From Gemmatimonadota bacterium (GTDB lineage: Bacteria > JBHIER01 > G020348925): a stretch of 64,000 bases of DNA. Position numbers and translations under genes: made by a program. Of this stretch, positions 18,827-28,803 are shown piece after piece; the stretch's first letter is position 1, and each line of letters opens with the position of its first letter. A model generated the notes under the pieces. It saw nothing but the letters and a program-made list of their open reading frames with translations, did not search any database and was not told where the DNA came from. The DNA is taken from the NCBI GenBank assembly GCA_020348925.1, contig CP070758.1, positions 4,897,775-4,961,774 on the forward strand, written 5' to 3'.

Positions 18827-18876
18827 AGTGTACCTCCAGTAAGTGACAATCCTTTTCTTGGTAACCCGAGCCTTGT

Positions 18877-19743
18877 CTACAAAACTTTGTATGACATGAT
18901 GATCAAGACTGCAAAAACCAAAGACAGCCCTACTTGGACAAAACCTTGTCTGGTGATGTTTAACCTCTGAGGCATAAACATAAGAGACCACAGAGTATGA
19001 GCCATCATTGGTACAAATGCTAAAACGACCGATATGGGTGCTAATTTGCCCAGGCTAAGAATAACCAAGACGAATAAGAGTATCGAGAGATAAATTAAGA
19101 TGTTTCTCTCATGGGTAAAGCGGCGCGATGGCCGATCATTATGTGCCGACAATATCAACCTCATTTTTACGTAGAAAACGCTTGCTCCGAAATAGAGTGC
19201 ATTGAGAAACCAAAGGACGACAGCACTCGCTGTTAACACATGTTGGTAAAGATAGTATGCCAGGGGAGCAGACACTGTGAGTACAAGAATACCAAGGAAT
19301 TCGCCGATGATGGTCCGTTCCTGCCGCTGCAAAGTCAATAAAGTGTGGGCAAAGAATACGAGGACACTGATGAATCCAAAAAGGAAAAGGTACCACAGAT
19401 TATATTGAAACAGCAGCCATATAAATATGCTCAATCCTGAAAGCGCAGGTACGACGAAATTCATCCACAGGAGGGGACCAGTGTCCTCTCTGGATTTCCT
19501 TGACTTCAGTAAGATTATGAGCGGCCTCCTGCAAATAAAAAGCAGCAGACAGCCGACCAGACCCAAAATCGATGGCGGTGAAAATCCACCGGCTATTATC
19601 GCTCCGAGGCAGTATGGTATCAGCAATATGGCCCAGGAGCCATGTTCCCTGGGCAACAACTTTTTCAAGATCAGCGTGTTCAATTGCGGTTCCCAGCGTC
19701 TGTGTTGCGGGAGGTTCCGAATTCCCGCGATCGAATCTTTCAC
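18877..19743 (-). CDS. YwiC-like membrane protein
   Basis: LPREHGSWA..., F....FYVK; multiple TM helices. Confidence 0.82.
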   Translation of the reverse strand: MKDSIAGIRNLPQHRRWEPQLNTLILKKLLPREHGSWAILLIPYCLGAIIAGGFSPPSILGLVGCLLLFICRRPLIILLKSRKSREDTGPLLWMNFVVPALSGLSIFIWLLFQYNLWYLFLFGFISVLVFFAHTLLTLQRQERTIIGEFLGILVLTVSAPLAYYLYQHVLTASAVVLWFLNALYFGASVFYVKMRLILSAHNDRPSRRFTHERNILIYLSILLFVLVILSLGKLAPISVVLAFVPMMAHTLWSLMFMPQRLNITRQGFVQVGLSLVFAVLIIMSYKVL

Positions 19744-19777
19744 TCTCTTTTTTCAGACGTTAAGGATTTAGCGTTGA

Positions 19778-20530
19778 TCATGTTGTGGCCGCTTTGGCAC
19801 CCACAACGATCAAATCCCTCGATGTCTCTTTCGAAAACTTCTCTCCTGCCATGTTCCCCAGGGACTTCAAATTCTGGAAACCTGCCTGACCGAACCATGC
19901 CAGTAACTCGTCCTGATAGATGGGTCTCAAAACCGTGGAAAGAAGTTTGTGTGTAAATTCTTTTGCCTGTTCCTTCAACACCAGGATATGAAATACAATG
20001 TTCGTCTCACCAAAATCGTAAAACCGAACGAAGAGAGTCCCATCACTCTTCTTAACACTGACAATCCTCTCCCTGGTTCGCATAATCCTGTCGTAATTGA
20101 GATTTTGAATTACGACTATTCCTTTGTCGTTCAAAACGTTGTAGAAGTTTTTCAGACTCAGAACAATCTCCCTTTCCGTGTGGAGATGAGGCAGCGAGTT
20201 GCCCATACAAACAACGGCGTCGAACTTCTCGTCCCGGCGTAAGCCCATATCCTGGAACGTGGCTCGTTGAAAACGAACATCAACATTATGCGCGCGAATA
20301 TGTTCTCCGGCTTTTTTCAACATGTCGGTTGAACTGTCGATCCCTGTCACCTCTAGGCCGAGTTTCGCCAGAAGAACAGAATGAAATCCTGTCCCGCAGC
20401 CTGCGTCCAAGACCTTACGCAACCCATATTCCTGTTTGAGACCCTCAAAGAACCCTCTTTCCTTCTCAAAGCGGGCCTCGAATTGGGTCATGGCATCGTA
20501 TTCAGCGGCAAGCTCTTCATAGAATTGCAT
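19778..20530 (-). CDS. Class I SAM-dependent methyltransferase
   Basis: VLDAGCGTG, GIDSS, FDAVVCMGNSLPH. Confidence 0.9.
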   Translation of the reverse strand: MQFYEELAAEYDAMTQFEARFEKERGFFEGLKQEYGLRKVLDAGCGTGFHSVLLAKLGLEVTGIDSSTDMLKKAGEHIRAHNVDVRFQRATFQDMGLRRDEKFDAVVCMGNSLPHLHTEREIVLSLKNFYNVLNDKGIVVIQNLNYDRIMRTRERIVSVKKSDGTLFVRFYDFGETNIVFHILVLKEQAKEFTHKLLSTVLRPIYQDELLAWFGQAGFQNLKSLGNMAGEKFSKETSRDLIVVGAKAATT

Positions 20531-20627
20531 AACACATCTCTCTCTATGTGGATACTGCCTGCATGCGTTGTAAATAATTGTATCTCATGAGCATATATCG
20601 ACCTAAACATCATGCGTACTTACTGTG

Positions 20628-21371
20628 CTAAGATGTCGTCACTGCTTCCGGTTTTCGGTTTCCCTTAATCCCTATAACCACCGTTTCCATGGGAATATCC
20701 TTGCCCGATTCAGCCATGGCCTGCTGGACTGCGTATCCCAATCCGGCACAACAGGGGACTTCCATGATAACGGTGGTGACGCTCTTGATATTGTTCATAC
20801 TAAAAATTTGTGCCAGTTTCTGTTGATAGAAACCGAGGTCATCGAGCTTCGGACAACCGACGACGAGGGATTTATCCTTCAGAAGATCCTGGTGAAAATT
20901 GGCGTAGGCAAATGGGACGCAGTCTGCGACTATGGCGAGATCCGCGTTCTGAAAATACTGTGCTTGCGGATTGACCAGCACCAACTGGACCGGCCACTGT
21001 CGTAACTCCGACTGAGCCGGACGAGCATCTTCAGGAGGCTGCACAACCTCACGCTCATTTCTCCACTCCATCACTCTCGAACCAGGGCAACCACTGAAAT
21101 TCTGGTCTGGACGCTGCTGCTCCTCTTCCATTTTTTTCAAATGAGCCTTCATTGCTTCTTCGTCAAACTCTTCGGCTTCGCGTTCCACTATCTTAAGGGC
21201 ATCTTCAGGACACTCTCCCAGACAAGCGCCCAACCCATCGCAATACATATCGCTGATCAAACGGGCCTTTCCATCAATGATCTGAATGGCCCCTTCCGGA
21301 CAGGCAGGCATACACAGTCCGCAACCGCTGCATTTTTCTTCGTCAATTTCGATAATCTTTCTTTTCGACAC
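20628..21371 (-). CDS. 4Fe-4S ferredoxin-domain protein (type often found with hcp)
   Basis: CSGCGLC...CP, CDGLGACLGECP, GCPGS, QWPVQL, ADC, GCPKLD, MEVPCC. Confidence 0.88.
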   Translation of the reverse strand: MSKRKIIEIDEEKCSGCGLCMPACPEGAIQIIDGKARLISDMYCDGLGACLGECPEDALKIVEREAEEFDEEAMKAHLKKMEEEQQRPDQNFSGCPGSRVMEWRNEREVVQPPEDARPAQSELRQWPVQLVLVNPQAQYFQNADLAIVADCVPFAYANFHQDLLKDKSLVVGCPKLDDLGFYQQKLAQIFSMNNIKSVTTVIMEVPCCAGLGYAVQQAMAESGKDIPMETVVIGIKGNRKPEAVTTS

Positions 21372-21440
21372 CTCTTAACTCCTTCAATACGTTGTTAGCA
21401 AATGACTAAAACAGCCTCATCTTTCACTGTCTCACTATGA

Positions 21441-21483
21441 AAGGTATACCCGAATAGACTGAAATTCTTTGACCTTGGTCAAA
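21441..21483 (-). promoter_or_regulatory. FNR/HcpR-like box with class II promoter
   Basis: TTTGAC-CTTG-GTCAAA at 21468-21483; -10 TACCTT at 21446-21441 places the box centre at -41.5. Confidence 0.7.
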
Positions 21484-21790
21484 AAATGAGAGATTTTAAA
21501 ACCGAGGGTACAAGAGGGTATCCTGACTTCAAAATGTTCGGTGCGTTTCGAAGAAAGAGAGGAGGATAGGCAGGTGGACACTTCCTCCCCTGAACCCAGG
21601 AATTTTCCTTCATCCTGATGAGGAGGTGAAAGAAGGGTAAGTATATAAATATTGTCTTTCACAGATTTTTCGGGATTACGTTTTTTCTTCTTGATCTCCT
21701 CATCTTTCAACGTGAGAGGCGACAAAATCTCTCAGACGGTGTGTTCTGAACCTCTGTTTCACTGCATCGCGTTCGATGTTACGAATCTCT

Positions 21791-22045
21791 TTAATCTCTC
21801 AGGATGACATCACCGAGCGGTGTCTTGACAGTCATAGCCTTGTTGGAGATTCCGACAGCGGGATATGTTCCAGGCTGAACCCATAGTGCACCATCAGTAG
21901 GGACATCTGCCGCACCACTGGTGAAGTCTCTGAAGGGATAGTGAAAAACGCCCGTCTCCAAACGGCCACCGGAGTCCCTCTCAACGAAACGCCAATTCGC
22001 TTGGGGATAGAGAAATGACATGAGAAGCTTGTCATAGTCACTCAT
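21791..22045 (-). CDS. Hypothetical protein or fragment resembling the C-terminal domain of the upstream protease
   Basis: GVFHYPFRDF..A...P..G.LWVQPGTY is similar to GTCTFPYASV..A...P..S.FFFAPGTY. Confidence 0.45.
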   Translation of the reverse strand: MSDYDKLLMSFLYPQANWRFVERDSGGRLETGVFHYPFRDFTSGAADVPTDGALWVQPGTYPAVGISNKAMTVKTPLGDVILRD

Positions 22046-23370
22046 CGGATGACGGCCTTTCCGGACCCATCCTTCCGTTCGCAGAAGTACTTTCCCGGCT
22101 TGCTGAGAATGACCGTTCCTGTTTCATTGTATGTCCCCGGTGCAAAAAAGAAAACACTTCCTGATGGACTGAAATCATGGGCGGTCTGGACACTGGCATA
22201 CGGAAATGTGCACGTACCCATTTGTAGCCGGCTGAAAGTACTTATGTATACATTCTCACCATTGATGCATGGTTCCACAGTCAATACCGGGTCGGAGCAA
22301 TCTCCGTGATGGGCACTCTCTTTGGTCACAACTTTCCATTCCTCGGCGGAAATGCAGGGTTCGAGATCGAGCATCCTTTGGCGGTAGGCCAAAATTTCCC
22401 TGCTTTTTTCTGTGTTCTGGGCCAATAATTGAGAACCGTCCTCCAGGTTCGACCATTCATCGTAATCGTATAGAAACGTTTTATTCCCCAGGGATGTGCA
22501 CCAGCCGGACCCATCACCATTGATGTCCTGCACCACGCCGGTTTGCAGCGTTCCGTCACAATTCCAGTCGGTCCATACCATGCCCGTTCCTACGAGCTCA
22601 TCGAGGTTGTTCTCATTCAGAGGACACATACGACCATGAGAAAAGTCGATATCCTTGAACAAGGCATCCTCGATGGTCAGTCCAAACGTGGAGCAGATCA
22701 TCGTGGTTCTCAAACCCTTTAACTGGTATCGATAAGACATGATACTGGGCATGTTGGGCGGATACGGCCCTACGTATACCGAACTGTCTTCAATCGAACC
22801 GCAATATTGGGAGCCGCAATGGGACAGTCCGAGGTTGTGTCCCAGCTCGTGGGCGAAGGTAGCGGCCTGCTGGTACTCCGTCCCCGTTTGACCGTCGAAG
22901 TTCCCCAGGGTTACGATGAACAGATTGCCTCCGTTGGCTCTCCCGGAGCTACCGGTTATGGAACAGTCTATGCAGTCCCCTGCTTTATTCGTGGCATTAC
23001 ATTTCCTATACTGATGGGCAAAAATGCAGTAGTGCCACCCCGATACACCGGCATGATCAAAATACGCATCCCTCATTGAGGCAACGGTGCTGTCAACTCC
23101 TGTGTAACTCCAGAAACTCCCACACGTCACAGGTTCCGGTACCAGTTCTTCATAGTGGGGGACCTGATCATCCAGGTCAATGACCAACGTGTGCCCCTGA
23201 CAGGCAAACATCTGGATGACCGCATCGAGGACCAACTGGGAAGGTTTATGACTGTGGCTGGGAGAACCACCCACCATGTAGTCAATCTCAACCTGGAAGG
23301 TATCTGCCAATAGAGAACCGGTGATGAGAACACTGCTGATCAGCGCTGCGAGTCGCATAATGTTTCGCAT
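22042..23370 (-). CDS. Secreted metzincin zinc metalloprotease
   Basis: Signal peptide; HELGHNLGLSH; Met-turn SIMSY; Cys-rich. Confidence 0.82.
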   Translation of the reverse strand: MRNIMRLAALISSVLITGSLLADTFQVEIDYMVGGSPSHSHKPSQLVLDAVIQMFACQGHTLVIDLDDQVPHYEELVPEPVTCGSFWSYTGVDSTVASMRDAYFDHAGVSGWHYCIFAHQYRKCNATNKAGDCIDCSITGSSGRANGGNLFIVTLGNFDGQTGTEYQQAATFAHELGHNLGLSHCGSQYCGSIEDSSVYVGPYPPNMPSIMSYRYQLKGLRTTMICSTFGLTIEDALFKDIDFSHGRMCPLNENNLDELVGTGMVWTDWNCDGTLQTGVVQDINGDGSGWCTSLGNKTFLYDYDEWSNLEDGSQLLAQNTEKSREILAYRQRMLDLEPCISAEEWKVVTKESAHHGDCSDPVLTVEPCINGENVYISTFSRLQMGTCTFPYASVQTAHDFSPSGSVFFFAPGTYNETGTVILSKPGKYFCERKDGSGKAVIR

Positions 23371-23401
23371 GAGGATCCCTCCTTTCACGGATGTGAAAAC
23401 G

Positions 23402-25279
23402 TTACTGAAGACTGATCAGCACCAGCACGAGACCGGTTCCATGCCGGAGAGCACTCATCGCTTTACCGATTATGGCGCCTTGAGCCTGATTGTAATGAGT
23501 TACCTTCATGGCGTGACCTGGCGTGGTTGACGTGGTCATGAGATCACCGGGTTCAATGGAGCCGTGTGACGCATCCGCCAGACAGTAAACCCGCCCCGTG
23601 AGTGCCACAGGATATTCCCCGTCCACTGGCGAATCCAGTTGACCCATCAGCATGCCTGGTTTCACGCCGCCGGCACCACTGATGACACCCGCAACCGTCC
23701 GGTCGTATGCTTTGCTGCTGACGACCAATTCGCCCGGATGCTCTGAGTCTATGCAAACGACCATACCTGGAGCTGGAGAAACATCGGCCAAAGCTCCTTG
23801 AACGTCGAATTGCTCGGACAGATCGGAGCCGCCGGTGATCTGTAAAACTTGCGTGGAAACCCGACCTTCACCACTCCCTTCCCAATCTGCGTCGATCTGG
23901 ATCGTCAGATCCCCGTCGCCGTTATAAAGATTTATGTCCGAACCACCACCGGATCCTTCTTCTGCATCCATGACGATCGTTGCCGTACCATCGGCTTTTT
24001 TCAGTGTGATCTGGGAGCCCGTACTTCCTTCAGCGGCCAGGATCTCCACCGCCTCTTCTCCACCCGCATCAAAAAGACGTATAGTCGCGGCGTCATCTTC
24101 ATCTGCGTCAAATTCCATGGTCCTCGTGCCGGAACTGTTGTAGAACAGTGCGCCCCCCCCTCCTCCCGCACCCCTGGCATCCATCCAGATTGTCGTCTGT
24201 GTACCGTCCGAAAGGCGAAACGTAGCACCTCCATCCGTCTGCTCGGCATCTATCTCTACAGTTTGGGTACCGTCTGCTCTGGCCAGGACCAATTTCCCTC
24301 CCGTACTTCCATCCTCGGCATCCAGAAAGATGGTAGGTGAACCATTATCGGTCCTCATGGTCAGAAATCCACCCGTACCATCAGAGTTCTGGGTTCCGAT
24401 GAGTTCAACCGTCTCAAAATCGCCATCCCCGTTATAGAGAGATATTTCCGGCCTGTCACTCCGATCACCGTCGATCTCGATGGTCGTTGTGCCATCGGTC
24501 TTGCGTAACACTATCTGGCCGCCAGTTGAACCTTCGTGAGGATCGATAGCTATCGTCTCAGTGCCGCTGGCATCGAGGACCGAAATACTGCCTCCCTTGA
24601 ACTGCGCCACATCGGGGGCAGCAGCATCCTGGGGGATCTCGACATAGAGAGCCGGATCCATATTACTGGCGGCGAAATTCTTGAAATACCCGGCGATGCC
24701 GTTGCTGCTGGCGCCGTAAACACCCCAGCCGTCAGCACTGGAGCCGTACACCCCCGTTCCGCCGCTATCATGGGAACCCCACACACCATATCCCTGGTCA
24801 GTAGCGTTATCATTTTCTCCCCGAACAGCGGCAGAAGAACCGTCCGTTTGAACGACAATACTGCTTTGAATCGTTCCTCCCAGGGCACCATCCACAGAAT
24901 TGACTCGATACGAATACCCGACCGCGGCAAGCCTTATCCGGGGTGATAGTTCCGGATCGTTCTCCACCTGGATACTCAACCATCGGTCCGTACCATCGAA
25001 GATCAGATCCGGAATGGGTGTCATCAGACCCAGGAGAACACTGAACACACCATTTGCATCCGGTATGATCGTCAGCGTTTCACTCCACATATTGAAACCC
25101 GCAACTTCGGAGCCCCAAAGACCAAAAGTGACTTCAACGGGCCCGGTCACGGGGTCGTCGTTCCCATCAAGAAGGACCCCCTGGTAATTCATCAGCTGAG
25201 GCACATCGGCGGTCAGACCCAATACTGCGCCAATTAAAAGCACCACGCTGAGAGCAAACGTCAAAACGAGCCTTTTCAT
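23402..25279 (-). CDS. Secreted repeat (fibre-like) protein with a C-terminal chaperone/peptidase G2-like domain
   Basis: Signal peptide; VPQLMNYQG.L.D; about 10 repeats of ~24 aa; GGSDLSEQF...VAL.GRV...PGDL.TTS...GHAMK. Confidence 0.65.
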   Translation of the reverse strand: MKRLVLTFALSVVLLIGAVLGLTADVPQLMNYQGVLLDGNDDPVTGPVEVTFGLWGSEVAGFNMWSETLTIIPDANGVFSVLLGLMTPIPDLIFDGTDRWLSIQVENDPELSPRIRLAAVGYSYRVNSVDGALGGTIQSSIVVQTDGSSAAVRGENDNATDQGYGVWGSHDSGGTGVYGSSADGWGVYGASSNGIAGYFKNFAASNMDPALYVEIPQDAAAPDVAQFKGGSISVLDASGTETIAIDPHEGSTGGQIVLRKTDGTTTIEIDGDRSDRPEISLYNGDGDFETVELIGTQNSDGTGGFLTMRTDNGSPTIFLDAEDGSTGGKLVLARADGTQTVEIDAEQTDGGATFRLSDGTQTTIWMDARGAGGGGGALFYNSSGTRTMEFDADEDDAATIRLFDAGGEEAVEILAAEGSTGSQITLKKADGTATIVMDAEEGSGGGSDINLYNGDGDLTIQIDADWEGSGEGRVSTQVLQITGGSDLSEQFDVQGALADVSPAPGMVVCIDSEHPGELVVSSKAYDRTVAGVISGAGGVKPGMLMGQLDSPVDGEYPVALTGRVYCLADASHGSIEPGDLMTTSTTPGHAMKVTHYNQAQGAIIGKAMSALRHGTGLVLVLISLQ

Positions 25280-25481
25280 TTTACACCTCCTCTCAAACAC
25301 TCAGTCCTTTCTCTTTCAATGAAACAGTGCTCAACGCATCAAAACCATTCTTTTGGTTTCTGACCATGTCCCATGGTCGACNNNNNNNNNNNNNNNNNNN
25401 NNNNNNNNNNNNNNNNNNNNNNNNNNNNNNNNNNNNNNNNNNNNNNNNNNNNNNNNNNNNNNNNNNNNNNNNNNNNNNNNN

Positions 25482-26196
25482 ACTGATGCGCGGGATTCTG
25501 TTCAGTGCTCGATTCATCATCACCGAAACTCCAGTCCCACGACGTGATGTCGCCTGTGGACTGGTCCGTAAACTCGACGGTGAGTGGAGCGCAACCAGTG
25601 GTGGGCTCGCCGCTGAAATCGGCAAGGGGGGTGTCTGGAAGAGGAGCGGACACGGCTGTTGCAGTATAAACGTAATCTCCTGATGTCGAGCCGTTGTCAT
25701 TGGCCGCATTGCCCGACGCGTAGAAAGTGACTTCTCCAACAGCGGGTGAGGGTGCAGTCCAGTCAAAGGTCCAGGAGACGGGTCCGTCGTTTGTACCGGC
25801 GAAGGTGCCGGCCGACCTCTGTTTGATGTAATCGGGATTGGAGCCCGAATTGTCTGAGAGCTGGGTATTCGTGCCGTCCGTCACACTCATCGTACCTGCC
25901 TGGTCGTTATCATCATCAATCGTCGTCAACTCAAAACCCCAGCGGCTCTGTCCGGGATCGGAAAGTGTCACGGTTATTGTGTATGTGTCGCCCGGCGTGT
26001 AGATATCCGGCACATTGTCTATGGACAGCATGCCGTCCCCGGAGTTCAGGGCAAAAGAGTCGTGGCATTGCGTGCAGGTCATTCCCGAGGGTGGGTCGCC
26101 GGCCCGGCCGTTCGGCGGATTACTGGAGTAAGCCCATATCAGAGCAGCGAAAACAACGATGATGATAATTTCAATAGGGAAACGTCGTTTTAACAT
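25482..26196 (-). CDS. Secreted reeler/choice-of-anchor V plus PKD domain protein (partial, gap)
   Basis: Signal peptide; CTQCH, WGFELT, WTFDWTAP; PKD-like ADFSG.P..G.APLTV.FTDQS..WDWSFGD. Confidence 0.8.
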
Positions 26197-26470
26197 TGTA
26201 CCCTCCTTTCCCAATATAAGTGTCGCATGGATTACGCCAAACTCCCTGACAAAAGTTGACCGGGAAGGTAGAATGTTTCAATAATATTCTATAAGATCTC
26301 AATCAATTTGTCAAGTATTTTTTTACGGCGGAAAATGTCGGTGTATCGTTTTGTAAAATAATCTTCTCAGGAAAAATACATCATTCGGTTGAATCCTGTC
26401 TCCGGTGTCGTTTGCTTTCCTTCGGCTCCGCGATGCAAAAAGGTACGAAAACCCTCAGTAATTTCCCCTG

Positions 26471-26513
26471 AAAGTACACCAGGGGGTGCGTGAGCCCTTT
26501 GACATAAGTCAAA
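26471..26513 (-). promoter_or_regulatory. Second FNR/HcpR-like box with class II promoter
   Basis: TTTGAC-ATAA-GTCAAA at 26498-26513; -10 TACTTT at 26476-26471 again gives -41.5. Confidence 0.6.
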
Positions 26514-26560
26514 AGTAGGTTCTTTTTTGGATTTTTCGTATTTTTTGGTGTCCCTCATAC

Positions 26561-27158
26561 CCCTCGTTCCCTAACACTGTTTGGGAACGTAAATGTTTAA
26601 AGAAACTCCGTTTCCCTGCCAAGTCTCCATTTTCAACCGCCATTACTGCTGAACAATAACGTCGCTGTCATTTTGACCCCTGACACCCGAGCTTAATTCG
26701 GCATTCGGTGCTGCTTTGTGGAGAAATCTGGCTGCTGTTTTATTGAACAGGTTTTCATTTTCTTTGGTTGCCCAAAGAAAACGAAGCAAAAGAAAGTGCA
26801 GCCTGGTAAACCCTCGCCGAAACCGTCAACGGCTCGCTGCGTTGTTTTTTCCAAACTCGTTCCCGATTCTCGGGGACTCAGACAGCGGAAAAAACGGCCA
26901 CTGCGCTCGCCTGTCGGTCCAGCGGCTCACGTTTCAGGGTAATTTTTCTCCACTCCAAAATTTCCTTCATCCAGAGCGGAGAAATCTGACTTGTGCACTA
27001 AAGAAATTCGTTGATTTGGCTATCCTCACATTCTCCGCCTGTCATTCCCGCAATTTAGTAGCGGGAACTCAATTTTCATATAAGACTTACCTCATTAAAA
27101 CCTCTCCCAAGCAATAAATAAATCTTGACAATGTTTTGAAAACATTGTACTTTAGAGA
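26561..27158 (+). repeat. Array leader copy 1 (GTTCCC hairpin, structured element 26754-26940, sigma70 promoter)
   Basis: Aligns by eye with 28174-28740; TTGACA(27125)-17-TACTTT. Confidence 0.85.
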
Positions 27159-27251
27159 AAAGGATATAGCTAAATGGGGAGAAAAATGATAGATAGAGAC
27201 TTGGATTTTAAAAGTGTTCGTACTATTGAGAATTGAAGGAGGCGATACGTT

Positions 27252-27443
27252 GTGGAAAAGAAAAAATTTGTTTACTTTCAAGAAGAAGAGATGTGGATTG
27301 GTTGGCTTGAGGATTTTCCGGACTATAGAACCCAAGGGCAGACTTTGGAAGAGCTCAAGGAGAATCTGAAGGATATCTACGACGAACTAACAAGTGGGAG
27401 CATTCCATGTGTGCGTCGTGTTGGGGAGCTCGTGTTTGAATGA
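27252..27443 (+). CDS. HicB-like antitoxin
   Basis: WIGWLEDFPDYRTQGQTLEELKENLKDIY. Confidence 0.8.
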   Translation: MEKKKFVYFQEEEMWIGWLEDFPDYRTQGQTLEELKENLKDIYDELTSGSIPCVRRVGELVFE

Positions 27444-27520
27444 AGCGAAGGGAGCTTATCAAGCAACGTGAGTAAATAGGTAAGAAGGGCAAATATTGAT
27501 AAATCACGGTTCATGATCTG
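27440..27520 (+). pseudogene. Degraded HicA-like toxin
   Basis: ATGA-coupled MKRRELIKQ followed by stops. Confidence 0.45.
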
Positions 27521-27595
27521 ACCTCGTAACTTTAACATCACTGCATCTATGGTACGATCGGTATCCTGCCATGTTACCTGGGAGAATTGAGGTAA

Positions 27596-27820
27596 GTGCC
27601 AGACCATCCGAACAAGCATATACGAAACGTGATCGGTTATGCAGAGGAAAAAGGTTGGGCCGTAACAAAGGCTGGGGCCAGAGCACATATTTGGGGTGTG
27701 CTCTGGTGTCCGGAACGAAGCGGGGAAGGCTGTCGGATCAGGATTATGTCTACTCCGCGGAATCCGGAGAATCATGCTCGTGATATCCGACGAGATATTG
27801 ACCGATGTCCCCATTCCTGA
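27596..27820 (+). CDS. HicA-like putative toxin
   Basis: RBS GAGG; HPNKHI...AEEKGW...HIWG.LWCP..C...STPRNP.NHA. Confidence 0.6.
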   Translation: MPDHPNKHIRNVIGYAEEKGWAVTKAGARAHIWGVLWCPERSGEGCRIRIMSTPRNPENHARDIRRDIDRCPHS

Positions 27821-27878
27821 TGGTTCAATGACCACAAGTCTATAGAAATGGAGTGAGCAATTGATAAAGGGAGGAGTC

Positions 27879-28124
27879 ATGAAAGAACACGAATTCACCC
27901 TGATTCTGTCGGAAGATCCAAACGAAGAAGAAGCCGATAGGCTCTATGGTGTTTTTAATGACGGCACGCTTTCTACTATTGCCGGCGTTCCACAAATCCG
28001 TTTTCACCGGCAGGCTCCGTCACTGGAGGAAGCCATTCGTAGTGCCCTCAGAGACGTAAAAGCCGCAGGATTTGAAATTACTCATGTCGAAATAGAGCCT
28101 CAGACTATGATGCAGCCTGCTTAG
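27879..28124 (+). CDS. HicB-like putative antitoxin
   Basis: HEFTL...F.RQAPSLEEAIRSA..DV; directly follows the putative toxin. Confidence 0.6.
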   Translation: MKEHEFTLILSEDPNEEEADRLYGVFNDGTLSTIAGVPQIRFHRQAPSLEEAIRSALRDVKAAGFEITHVEIEPQTMMQPA

Positions 28125-28173
28125 TAGCGGAAAAAGGTGTCTGGGATCTTTTTCTCCTGTCATTTCCTCTCTC

Positions 28174-28740
28174 CCCTCGTTCCCAAACTCTGTTTGGGAA
28201 CGCAATTGACATGGGAAACTTTGTTTCCCTTAATGCTCACTTCTTCCAATTGTCATTTCACCATACACTAAAAACCCTTGAGGATGTTGTAGGAAACTCT
28301 GTTTCCTCTTACCTGTTTCTCATTCTCTCTTCATTTTCTTTGTTTGCCCAAAGAAAAAGAAGCAAAAGAAAATGCAACCCGATAAACGCTCGCCGGGACC
28401 GACAACGGCTCGCTGCGTTGTTTTTTCCAAACTCGTCCCCCGTTAAGGCGGGGGACTCAGACAACGGAAAAAACAGCCACTGCGCTCGTCGGACGGTCTA
28501 ACGGCTCACGTTTCAGGGCAGTTTTTTTCCACTCCAAAGCTTCCTTCATCCAGAGTGGAGAAATCTGATCTGTACCTCAGACAGAATCCTCAATGCAGCA
28601 ATCCTTTCAATCTCCGTCTTTCATTCCCGCAGTTTGGTAGCGGTTATCCAATTTTCTCCTGAATCTTACCTCATTTAAAAACCTCTCCCAATCAATAAGA
28701 AAAATCTTGACAATGTTTTGAAAGTATTGTACTTTAGAGA
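28174..28740 (+). repeat. Array leader copy 2 (structured element 28330-28519, promoter)
   Basis: Same module order as copy 1; TTGACA(28707)-17-TACTTT. Confidence 0.85.
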
Positions 28741-28803
28741 GCAGGAAATAACCAAACATGGGTTCATGAGAGTCAGTTGAGCGTCAAGAAAAGGAGACGT
28801 ACA

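Noticed and set aside
25293-25766. ORFs spanning N gaps (also at 5643, 29367, 38285, 54446)
   Set aside because: Artefacts of translating through 100-N placeholders.
26716-27117. ORFs within the repeated element (also 28211-28501 and 54145-54405)
   Set aside because: The similar peptides arise from the DNA repeat; starts and frames are not conserved between copies.
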